A stretch of 64,000 bases of DNA from Histomonas meleagridis 2922-C6/04-290x. Lineage: Eukaryota > Protista > Parabasalia. The notes under the pieces were generated by a model. It ran no database searches, was not told the origin of the DNA, and saw only the letters and a list, made by a program, of their open reading frames with translations. The position numbers were made by a program, and so were the translations under genes. Positions 11,308 to 22,300 of the stretch are shown here, piece after piece; within the stretch, counting starts at the first letter, position 1; every line of letters starts with the position of its first letter. The DNA lies in assembly GCA_020184695.1 (NCBI GenBank), contig JAANOX010000087.1, positions 124,001 to 188,000 of the forward strand, in the 5' to 3' direction.

Positions 11308-12696
11308 TCACAGCCCATAATAGGAGGGGGGGTCAGGACTTTTTGAACACCCTATATTGTATGAATGCATGACTAACTTTGTGTTTCCTGTTTTTTTAAG
11401 CAATGTAGCTCCAACACAAATCAATACCATTTGAAGCGTAATATTTATAAGACTTAAAATAGGTTTTCCAATTACAATTAAAAACATACATATTATAATT
11501 GAAAGTGCATTTAAAAAAGAAGTATAAAAAGGAATTGGTAAAATTTGACTTGCATAATTAATTGCTTCTTCTGTATTTAAAAACAATTTAATTATTGCTT
11601 TGGGTGAAGATACAACAACAACAGTAAATAAACCAACCCAAATAAATGAAAATAATAATGTCCACCCTAGTAATTTATAAATTCTTTCATAATTTTTGGC
11701 ACCAAATGCATAAGTAGCACCAGAAAGAAAACCACAAAGGAATATACTAACAGCAGCTAACTCAAGAGAAGAAAGAGTACTATATGTTGAATACATAGAA
11801 CCAATTAGATCACTATGATCAGGATCTGCACTTGTTAATGACTTTAATATAATTGACGGTGGAATAATCGCATATAAAAGTTGTAAAGCAATTGGCAATC
11901 CAAGTAGAATACCTTTAAATGTTTCTTTTATTGGTTTCTCTAATAACATTTTAAAATTAAGCTTTAATGAAAATTTGCCTTTATACATAAGTACAAATAA
12001 AATTATTGATAAAAGTATTCTTGAAATTCCAGCAGGATATTTTAAATATTTAGATGTTGTCTTAAATCCAAATACAAATATAACAGTAAGAATTATAGTA
12101 ATTATACTTGTTGCTATACCAACAAGACCGCTAAGAATTGAGCGTCCAATGCTTTGAATATAATTTGTTTCTGCTACAATTAAAGAATAAAATGGAAGTA
12201 AATAAATAACTGGAAGAACATATTCAAATGAATCTTGAAGCGAATCACTAGGGCAATTACAAAATTTAAGGAATGGCTTGATAACAAAAGCATACCCAAC
12301 AGCATAAAATATAGATAAAACAGTTGTAAAACGAACAACATCATTAGTAAGTTTGGCAGCTATATCACGTTTCCCTGCTCCGATTAATTTTGAAGAATAA
12401 GCAGTTATTGCTTGTCCAAAAATTGTTCCAAACGACGTTGCTGGAACAACACATGTAGATGCGAAACCTATTATTTCTGTTACATCTGGTTGAATATTTT
12501 TAAGTCCTTTTGATATAATTATCAAATTTACAGACTCAATTGCTGCAGAAACAAGAGATCCAATCGCACCTAAACTTAAAAATAATAATGTTACTAAAGG
12601 TGAATGACCTGTGAACCTTTCGTTTTCTTTTTCTTCCTCAGTTTCCTTATGTTCAACTGAACTTTCATTTTCATGAAGGGGCTCGTAAATAGACAT
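11308..12696 (-). CDS. MATE-family efflux transporter, C-terminally truncated by the mariner (ends in a TIR-derived peptide)
   Basis: Multi-TM protein with MATE-like motifs (LIGAGKRDIA, ATYAFGAKNYERI). ATG at 12696. The last residues (GCSKSPDPPSYYGL) are read from the TIR. Confidence 0.85.
   Translation of the reverse strand: MSIYEPLHENESSVEHKETEEEKENERFTGHSPLVTLLFLSLGAIGSLVSAAIESVNLIIISKGLKNIQPDVTEIIGFASTCVVPATSFGTIFGQAITAYSSKLIGAGKRDIAAKLTNDVVRFTTVLSIFYAVGYAFVIKPFLKFCNCPSDSLQDSFEYVLPVIYLLPFYSLIVAETNYIQSIGRSILSGLVGIATSIITIILTVIFVFGFKTTSKYLKYPAGISRILLSIILFVLMYKGKFSLKLNFKMLLEKPIKETFKGILLGLPIALQLLYAIIPPSIILKSLTSADPDHSDLIGSMYSTYSTLSSLELAAVSIFLCGFLSGATYAFGAKNYERIYKLLGWTLLFSFIWVGLFTVVVVSSPKAIIKLFLNTEEAINYASQILPIPFYTSFLNALSIIICMFLIVIGKPILSLINITLQMVLICVGATLLKKTGNTKLVMHSYNIGCSKSPDPPSYYGL
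11320..11354 (-). repeat. Mariner right TIR
   Basis: Reverse complement TAGGGTGTTCAAAAAGTCCTGACCCCCCCTCCTAT, 34/35 identical to the left TIR. Confidence 0.95.
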
Positions 12697-13239
12697 TTTA
12701 GATTTGATTTGTGAAGTCAAAGACCACCGTAATAGCTACCCATAGCGTAATTCAAAAGGTTAATTAAATCATTGAAAATTAAAATATTCAGAGGAACACC
12801 ACTTGTTGTTTAAATCCGGTGATAATTGAATTGAGTTATTTTGTTTTTTGGTAATTCAAAAACTTCTATCGTATTATGTCAAAAATTTTTTGCCATTCAA
12901 ATTTGATTAGGTATACGCAAATAGAAGGTTATCATCCCAATGATTAGGAATTGCATCATATGTACGAAAAATAAGTTACCATAAAAGATTCAATTTATGA
13001 AGACAACCTAAAATATGTTGATTCTTGAATAGTAAAAAAACTAGTAGTTATTGCAAAAGCATTCTGAAAACTCTCTCAAATTTATTTTTTTAATGATGAA
13101 GAATCAACATATTTTGATATCTTTATGCAGACATAGTAACAAAAAGACAACAAAACACTGATGGTATATGTTACTGCGATTATTATTTTCTATATTTTCT
13201 TCAAATATGAAAAATAGAGGCAATAAATAAAAAAAATTA

Positions 13240-13257
13240 TTGCTTTGGATGGGGCTC
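13240..13257 (-). repeat. 3' target-site duplication, identical to the 3' end of tRNA-Met
   Basis: TTGCTTTGGATGGGGCTC, identical to 18468-18485, followed on the minus strand by TAATTTTTTTT. Confidence 0.95.
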
Positions 13258-16200
13258 TTTATTTATTTATATGATCCTTCGAGGTTATTATGTTTTCTTC
13301 TATTCGTTAGCAACTCTTCCTTCCGCAGGAACGAGATTACTATGTTTTCTTCGACTTCTTTTCCTTCTTCGTTTTCTGGGACTTTTTCGGTTGGCTTATT
13401 TCTTGATGTACCTCTTCTGATTTCTCTTCTTCTTCCACGTCTGTTTGGTTATTCGGGATTTCTCCTTGAAAGCTTTCTTCTTCGATACTGTCTTCAATTT
13501 CTGTTGATGTTAATGATTCTTCGCCTTCACTTTCATCGGTCTGGACGCCTCTACCTTCATTCACGTTACGATTCCTTGGTTGTGGGTTGATAGCATTCCA
13601 GAAAATTTTCATAGAATGAATTAATGTACATTCACTGCATCTTTTACATGTTTCTGAAGTAATGATTTCATTATTATTACATAATTTTAAGATATCCGAA
13701 TAAGTTTCGAATGGTATTGCTCCAAGAGATGAAATAACAATGATATAGTATTTAACTTTAATTTGATAAGTGTCAGTAATATCTTGAATCAAAGTTTCAT
13801 ATTTCTTATTTTTAATGTAACGACTATAATTTAATGAGTTGGAAATCTCTTCGTCTGGTAATGTGTTAATGTTCGAGATTTCACCATAAGGTATAGTTAT
13901 TTCTGATTATATTAAGATTGCCTTTTTTTGTCATCCAAATACCATATGTCTGGTTTAAGTCTTTTAGATCTATCAGGTAAATGAAAGTCATTAATTTTAA
14001 CTTCTTGTGATCTATGGAAAATAAATTTAGATTTATTTGATTTTTCGATAGATTTAATAATAATTTCACCAACATCATTGTGTCTTCGAGTATATTTGGA
14101 GTATTGAGGAACACAATGATTTAGAATATGTTTCAGTGATTCAATCTCGTTTTGGTTTCTACAATATGGGCAAATTTTGGATGTATTTGGATTCTTTTTA
14201 CTTAAAATTTCCTTAGTAGGTAAGTTATTACATCTTGCATTGATACAAAAACGTTGAATACTATCTGAAGTTTTTCTTGTATAGGTACCGAAAAAAGAGT
14301 TAGAGTATTTAGAGTTTTCAAGAGTAAAAAAAGAGTGACCATGAAGTTTAAATTCTTGAAGTTTATTAAGATGACGTTTTTGAAGTAACGTAATTAACGA
14401 TCTGTTAAAAATTATTGATCGAGTTACATTCAATAATTTCATCATTATCAAGATTCTTCATGGAAAGAGAGTTATTATTAAAGTTGATACCTATATTTAA
14501 TTTACGTGATGCATCGATTGCTCGAATGAATAAATTATTAGTTTTATTCTCTGATTCTTGTGCTATTTGGTTTTCATATTCAGTGATATTGTTAAATCTT
14601 TTGAGTAACTTCTGAGATAATAATTCTTCTAAAATTAATTTCATCTTCTGCCATTTGTTGTATGAAGTGTTTAACTGTTTCATTTTTCGAGTAAAATAAA
14701 GATAAATAAGTTTTAATTTGTAAATAGAGATATCTTTCTTTAAGAGAAGGAATTCCAAGTCCTCCATCTTTCCAATTACAATAAAAGAAATGTTTAGGTG
14801 TACTATTGCTTTTGATATGATTATTAATTAAGTTTCGAATTATTTGATCTAAGTGTTTAAGTTTTGTAAGACTAATTTGTCCATTTATCATAATAAAATC
14901 TAATTGTGGAATTATAAATCGTTTAAGAGCATCTAATTTTTGATTTAATCTTAGTTTTGATTCACCAATTAATTCGATTTTCCTTATAACTTCATTAATA
15001 GTTCGATCTGCGAATTTCATACGTTGTCTTTTAGTAACTGAAATTGCTGAACCTAGATATTGAATATTAGCTAAAACATCATTATTTTGGATTGGGACAT
15101 TATTTATAATCAAAGGTTCTTGTAAAGGAATTCTACGATTACCATCTAAAATGTATGAAAATGATTGGCATTTTTGTGGTGCTAATTGAATTTTAGCATA
15201 ATTACAATATTTTGTTGTAGTATTAATTAATTCTTCCATTTTTTCTCGTTCATCTGAAATTAACATTACATCATCTGCATATACTTGGATTCCCATGTTA
15301 ATATTATCATTTAATTCTTGAATATAGATATCTGTTCCTTTTCGTTCTTCATTAATCTTTCTAATTAGAGGTTCGAGACAAAGATTAAATAAAAGAGGCG
15401 ATAGAGGGCATCCTTGTCTAACTCCTCTTCTTATTCTAATATCATTTGATTTGATTCCATTGATAACAATGTTTGTGGAAATATTTTGATACATAGAATG
15501 AATAATTTCGATTATATTATTGTTAAAGCCTAATTGTTTCATATTATTAAAGATAAATTTATGTGGAATTGAACCGAATGCATTAGCAAAGTCTAGAGTT
15601 GTAATAATAATATTCCTATTTTTCCTATAAGCATCAGATATTAATTCATTGGCTGTGACTGTATGTTCAGTGCAAACCATTACAACCTTTAATGAATCCT
15701 TTTTGTTGTGGTGAGAAAATATGTTTTGATTTGTTTACTATTTGAATACTATCTGCTAATAATGTAGTAAAAATTCTGTAAATTGTATCTGAAATACTTA
15801 TTGGTCTCCAATTCTTTGGTATTGATGGGTCATCTTTTTTGAATATTAAAATAGTTTTGGATTGTTTCCATTGTTCTGGTATTTTTTGAAATTTAATAAT
15901 GTTTTTTTAATAATTAGAGATAATAAAATTGCTGTATCTTTTGCATTACTTTTCCAAACAGAATTAGGAATTCCATCTGGACCACATGCCGATACATTGT
16001 CTTTCTTTTTCATTGTACTAATGCTATTCTTTTTCATCTGTAATATAATCAATAATAAATTTGTTGTCTTCATTAGATAAAAGTTTAGGTAGATACCATG
16101 TATCATCTTCTATAATATGTTCTTTATTAGCCCATTCATTATTAAAATGTTTTTCAAGTTGTTCGATTGGTATATTACATGAAGGTGTTGTATTGGCTAA

Positions 16201-18467
16201 AAGTTTCCATCGGATACATCTTTTAGGATCTTCATCATAAAATTTACGTAGTTTTTTTCACTTCCTTTTATATCATTTGGGTTTAATTTATCAATATAAT
16301 TTCTAAGTATTGTTCTAATCCATTTAAATCTTTCTTCACGATGTTCTTCGTCTTCATTAATTAAATTATCTATATCTTCAACTGATCGAATATTAAATAT
16401 GTTTTTTAAATCATCTTCACTAAATTTACTTAATGATTTGATTAAACCTTCTTTAATATTAGCAATAGCATTTAATGCGTTTTGGTTATTGTTTAAATCT
16501 TCTTGATGTGCATTAATAATATCTATAATTTTATAAATGTAATCAATAATTTTATCGATTTCAATAATTTTAAATTTGATATAAGAATAGTATTTCTTTT
16601 CTTAAGATTTGTTTCTCATCGTATTTAATATTTATTTGATTGAGATTGGGGAATGTATTTGTTAATAGCTTTTGAATTCTATGTGTTGTTTTTAATTAAA
16701 AATCCATCCATAATGTTCCATGTAATGTTATCTTTGTCTAATAAGAATTTAGCTTCTTTTGATAATAATATTTTTAAATAATTCATTGATTTTCGGCTGA
16801 ATAGATTTTCGCTGTGCTTTGTTTAATCTTTTGAAACTAACGTTTTGATTTCGATATTTATTTCTCCATTTGTTACATTTGTCATTATAAAATTGAAGTT
16901 GGTTATTGTTTAACATTTTTAACTGTGTTTTTGGTATTATGATTTAGTTGTTTTTCTTCTTCAATTACTGATGAGATTAGATTCTTCCCTGTTTTGAGTT
17001 TCGATGTTTAATGGATGCAATTCTTCGACTTCTTGAGTTTCTGATTCTTGTTGACTAGTTTCTGTTATGTCTTTAGTCTCTTCTTGATTTATAGTTATAT
17101 GCTCATTATCTGAAGAAGATTCACTTTGTTGTTTTTCAATAGAGCTATCTTCTTCTGAATCTTTATAATTTTGGCTATTTGCGATTTCAATTTCTTTTAG
17201 TGAACCATTGATTATTTGAATTTCTTGGATATTATTTGGTCTAGAACCTCTTATTGTTTGTCTTGAATTGATATGAGTTTGGGAATTATGAAGTCTCATA
17301 GCTTGGACTGAACTAACTATTGTTCCATCATTGCTACATTTAAAACAATCTCTAGGTCTTAATAATTCATAAATTGTAGGTAATGTAGTATTTTCTTTTA
17401 ACATAACTCATAATTAACCCCCAAAAAGGGCCTGCATCTTTCCGCCATTTGACGTAGATTCTATGTTGCTTGTTATAGTGATCATATGCAGATCCTGTTT
17501 TGGTTGTAACATAATTACAGTTATTTATTAAACAAATATTTATATGTCCTAATTTGTTATAAGTATTATTTGTATGATCATATTCATACCACTCAGTATC
17601 TTTTTCTAATAAATATCCAATGATTTCTGATGATAGACAATTGTGTTTTTGATATTGTTCTTGATGAGTATTGAATAAATGTGAATCAATTTGTTGGTGA
17701 TGGTTGGTTCCATAATTGCAGTTATGATATTTACAACAATAAATATAAGGTTGTGGGAACCAGTTCCTCAGAATCATAAGCTGAATTAAATTAAGTTCCA
17801 TTATATCAAAATCTGAATAGTTGTCAAAAACTGATTGGTTGAGCGTATCAATGTATTCTTTAAGTTGTTTGGTATCTGTGATTGTTTTGAGCTTGTTAAT
17901 AACTTTATTTGAAATATCTTCTTGTTCATTGACTTTATCGACTGTCTGAATGTTAACATTAAATTGAATCGGGTTTTCATCGTCGTCGTCTTCTGGATTT
18001 CTAAGGAATTTATCTGTAGATTCTGAAAATTGATCGTTTTGTGGCTGAATCTCGCTGCTATCCGTCTCCTCAAAAGAAAATTCAGAGGAATCATCGGAAT
18101 CTTCAGAATTTATAAGATCAGGGTCAGAAATTTCCGGTTTTCTAAGAAAAAGTCCTTTGAATAGTCTCACATTTGGAAGGTTTTTGAGATGGTCAAAAGC
18201 GGTTTTTATCAGCGGCGTAGATGATGTCTTCTTCCAAAGCTTCGGGGCTAAGTTTTTGGAGATATCGAAGCTCCTAAGGGTGTAGAATGTGCGGGAGAAG
18301 GAGTAGAGTCAACTGGGGTAGGTAAAGTCAAAAGATCTTCTGAATCATCAGATGATAATCGATCTCGTGGATTTAAAATTCGTATCCCTCCTGGCTGAGG
18401 ACTTCTGTTTCCTTCCTGCGAGCACGTAGCTGCATTTTCAGGGGAAAAAAACAAAAAATGATCCATT
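13258..18467 (-). mobile_element. Non-LTR retrotransposon of the RLE (R2/NeSL/R4-like) type, 5.2 kb, full length but frameshifted, inserted in a tRNA-Met gene
   Basis: N-terminal C2H2-like fingers (16961-18170). RT motifs LDFANAFGSI, RGVRQGCPLSPLLF and YADD (14592-15680). CPYC...HILNHC knuckle and KPDIW endonuclease (13912-14451). (TAAA)n tail and 18-bp TSD. Confidence 0.95.
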
Positions 18468-18485
18468 TTGCTTTGGATGGGGCTC
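18468..18485 (-). repeat. 5' target-site duplication (part of the intact tRNA-Met)
   Basis: Exact 18-bp match to 13240-13257. Confidence 0.95.
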
Positions 18486-18541
18486 GAACCCACGACCTCA
18501 GGATTATGAGACCTGCGCTCTGCCGATTGAGCTACCAAAGC
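18469..18541 (-). tRNA. tRNA-Met(CAT), elongator type
   Basis: GCTTTGG/CCAAAGC acceptor stem, CTCATAA anticodon loop, GGTTCGAGCC T-arm, G1-C72 pair, 73 nt. Confidence 0.97.
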
Positions 18542-18611
18542 CTGTTTCCCTCACTTTAATAATGTTATTTAGTATTAAACAGATACTTTTATTGATATTG
18601 AGCATCATCAA

Positions 18612-18639
18612 ACGGTTTTGGGAGTTTGGTCATCCCTTT
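18612..18639 (+). promoter_or_regulatory. Trichomonad M3 (ACGGTT) and M5 (CCTTT)-like promoter elements
   Basis: ACGGTT at 18612 and CCTTT at 18635, 11 nt before the RPL27a ATG. The same pair precedes RPL39. Confidence 0.5.
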
Positions 18640-18645
18640 TGCTTA

Positions 18646-19095
18646 ATGCCAACTCGCTTTAAGAAGTCAAGGAAACTTCGTGGCCAAGAATCTATGGGTT
18701 ACGGTCGTGTTGGAAAACACAGGAAATCACCAGGAGGTTGCGGTAATGCAGGTGGTCAACACCATCAAAGAACTTGGTTCGATCGTTATCACCCAGGTTA
18801 CTTTGGAAAAGTTGGTATGCGCCGCCTCCATATTTTCAAATGCCGTGAATGGGAACCAATCATCAATATTGACAAACTTTGGACATTAGTCCCAGAAGAA
18901 GTTCGCAATCAAGCTGCTTCTAAAAAGCAAGGCGATGCAGTTCCAGTCATTGATTGCGTTGCCAATGGTTATTTCAAGGTTGTTGGCCGTGGCGAGCTTC
19001 CACAAATTCCATTAATAGTTCGTGCCAAAGATTTTTCAAAGTCAGCCGAAGCCAAGATCAAAGCAGCTGGCGGTGCATGTGAAAAAGTCAAGTAA
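18646..19095 (+). CDS. RPL27A: 60S ribosomal protein L27a (uL15)
   Basis: [13 protein letters not shown]...[10 protein letters not shown]...[11 protein letters not shown]. True ATG at 18646. Confidence 0.97.
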   Translation: MPTRFKKSRKLRGQESMGYGRVGKHRKSPGGCGNAGGQHHQRTWFDRYHPGYFGKVGMRRLHIFKCREWEPIINIDKLWTLVPEEVRNQAASKKQGDAVPVIDCVANGYFKVVGRGELPQIPLIVRAKDFSKSAEAKIKAAGGACEKVK

Positions 19096-19350
19096 ACGCA
19101 TAACTTATATCTAATCAATTTATTAAATCTTTTTTAAATAATTTCCAAATAACATTTTGAGATATCAAATTACTAAAACATTGATGGTAATATCAATACT
19201 GTATAATTTCCGAATATTACTTTAGTATTTCAAATTCCATTGATAGACAAAATGTAAAGATTTAAACGTGCTCTTGTTAGAACACTAACTTTTTGATTTC
19301 AAGAACGATTAAAATGCATAGAAAACAAATGCCAGTTCCTCGCTGATCTA

Positions 19351-22300
19351 ATGGATGGCCAACAAAGCATTAACGAATTTAATTTAAACTTATTACAAAA
19401 ATTACAAAATATAATTATAAAGCTAAGTGCAGAAAATATGGAAGAATCTATCCAATCGACAATGAATTTGATTGATTTTGAATTACAACAATCTTTTATT
19501 ATTATCATATGTCATATGGTATTTACATCATTTATCTCACGAAAAAAAGAAGAAGACATATATTTTCAATTTTTAAAAACTATAGAAGAAAAAATTAACT
19601 CCAAAAACAAAACAAAAATAAATATTTTTTCTGTTTTTTATCTATGTATTCTCAAGTTTAAAATACAAGAAACATATTATCTTATTGAAAAGCTGATAGA
19701 AAAAGAATTAATTAGTTCTAAATTATATTTATCATCACCATATTTTGCACATCGAATGACTCAAGAAGAACTTCGCACTTCTTATAAAGAATTGAGTTTC
19801 CGTGAATATAAATTATGTAGATTATTTTTTCACGATCGAAATAATCTTCAAGAAGATAATTGGAAACTTCAAAAAGAGTTAGTTCATAATGGAGTTAATC
19901 CATCAGAAGTATTAACAGCTATTCGAAATAATGATGTAGAAAAACTTCAAGAAATTACATCACGAGAAAAGTTTAACTTTAATCAAATTATTGAACCTTC
20001 TATATATGAAAGATGTTCTTTTATTACAGATGATAAACATCTTCCGACATTAGGTGATTATGCTGCATTTTTCGGCTCTATAAATTGTTTCAAATTCTTA
20101 CAAATGAATGATCCTAATTTTACATGTAATGGAAAATATGCTGTTGCAGGTGGAAATCTTGAAATATTTCGTTTTTGTAGACAAAACAATTCATCGTTTT
20201 CTGGTTCGCTTAATGCAGCAATTGAATTCCATCAAAATGATATCTTTACTTTCCTTTATGAAAATCGATTGGAAAATTTAACGAATTTGGTAAGTGAATG
20301 TATAACTTATGATAATTATGAGATTTTATCATTCTTAGAGAAGAAAAATGTTAAAATTCCAAATTATATTATAAATGAATCTGCAAATATTGGAAATATT
20401 TTCCTTTTAAAACATTTCCATTTAAAATATAAATTACCGAATGAAATTTTAATTTTTGCTCTGAAATCTGGAAATATTGATGTTGTAAATTATGTTTTAG
20501 AGCAAAAAAATGTCGATTTAAATGCAAAAGAAATAAATTCTATATGTTTAAAGTTTGTTTTATAATTTTGATATTTTTAAATAAAATTTGGAATTGATTT
20601 AATTTGTTTACAACTTCACTCATTTTGGCTTCTGAGAATAATTACACATCGATAGTAAAATTTCTTGTTGAAAATGGTGTTGATATAAATGCTGCATCAA
20701 TTTATTTATTTTATTTAAAAATTATTCGAATAATTTGATAATTGTAAATAATATTTGGAATTTAATATAAATATTTTTTAATGGACTTATTATTGCATCA
20801 CAATATGGGTATATAGATATTGTTAAATTCCTTCTTGAACAAAATGATATTGATATAAATTGCGAAACTTTTTATTATTCTAATATAAAGTTTATTCTAC
20901 TAATTTGATATTTAAATATAATTTATGGTTTTAGTTTTGATGATTTTATTCTGCATTAATATATGCAGCTAAAAATGATCATTTTGATATCGTTAAATTA
21001 TTACTTAATCATGAAAAAATCGATATTAACATTAAAAGCATTTCTTTTACAAAGAATTTGTTTCTATTTATATTTTAATGTTTATCTAAATTTCATTTGT
21101 TACCTTTAATCATATGCTCTAAAGGAAATGTGGAAATTCTTAAGATACTTTTTGATAAGTTTCATATTAATCCAAATGCAAAATATGTTCAACAAATTTA
21201 TTTAATTTTTCATATCAATATTTGGCGTTACTTATAATTTATTAAAAATTTACTTATATATTCATGTGGTAAAGATTCCACTGAAATTGTTGAACTTCTT
21301 CTTGAACAAGAAGGAATTAATATCAATTTTAAGTATGTTCTTTGATATTTGTTAATGTTTACTTTTAAAATTTGTTATAACAAAAATTTTTGGAGTTACT
21401 ATCAAAATATTATAACAGCATTAATGAAAGGATGTATGAAAAATAAAATTAATAATGTAAAATTACTTCTTAATCAAGAAAACATTGATATAAACATTAT
21501 GAACATATATTTATTTTATTTAAAGATTCATAATATAATTTGCAATTTCAAAATAATATATAAAATATATTAAATATATTTAAAAATGCTTTAATGATGG
21601 CGTGTGAAAATGGAAATTTGGATATTGTTAAATTACTTCTAGTGAAAGGATGTAAGAATATTAATGCTAAAGATAATTATTTTATATATTTTGTGTTTGT
21701 TTAAATTAAATAATGTTACATATAAATATTTGGTATTTCATTAATGATTTTACGACTGCGTTTATTTATGCATCTAAAGGAGGTTCATTAGAACTTATAA
21801 AGTTTCTTATGGAAAATGAAAAAATTAATATAAATAATCAAAATATTCATAAATATTATTTGACGTTTAATTAATCAAATTTTTATTTAAATTAAATATT
21901 TGGAATTATTTCATATAATATGAAACACCACTTATCTCAGCAGCATCAAATGGTCATTATGATATAGTAAGCTTTCTTCTGGAACAAAAGAAATTAAATA
22001 TTAATATTAAAAATGTTAAATATTTATATTTCGAAATGATGTTTAAAAAGAATAATTGGAATTTCCTTCGAATATAAAAAACAATTTTTATGATTGCAGC
22101 AGAAAAAAATCAAATTGATTTATTAAAGTTACTTCTTCAAAATAAGAAAATTAATATTAATACTAAATCGATATATTTATTTTATTTGATGTTTCTTATA
22201 AAAATATAATATTTCATTAAATTGTATGGGAAATATTTAAATTATTTAGTACTGCACTTATATTAGCAGTTGAAAAAGGTTTAACTGAAATCGTGAGTTT

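Larger units (their letters stand above)
10036..11354 (-). mobile_element. Mariner-family (IS630/Tc1/mariner) DNA transposon, about 1.3 kb, with a frameshifted transposase
   Basis: 35-bp TIRs (1 mismatch) and TA duplication at 10034-35 and 11355-56. Transposase remnants at about 10107-11152: MDAVEQRFIIKFL, STVK..WCRKFK HTH, MTGDESWFY, HMDNC, HPPYYTDISPCDF. Confidence 0.95.

Noticed and set aside
10908-11372. 154-aa plus-strand ORF
   Set aside because: Antisense to the mariner transposase and TIR.
18248-18538. 96-aa ORF
   Set aside because: It begins inside tRNA-Met at a non-ATG codon and runs into the degraded retroelement 5' region.
21333-21338. GTATGT canonical 5' splice site
   Set aside because: A single occurrence overlapping the K-Y codons, absent from the other 16 cassettes, with no matching 3' signal.
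21349-21573. Stand-alone 74-aa ORF
   Set aside because: It is one ankyrin core read together with the flanking spacers.
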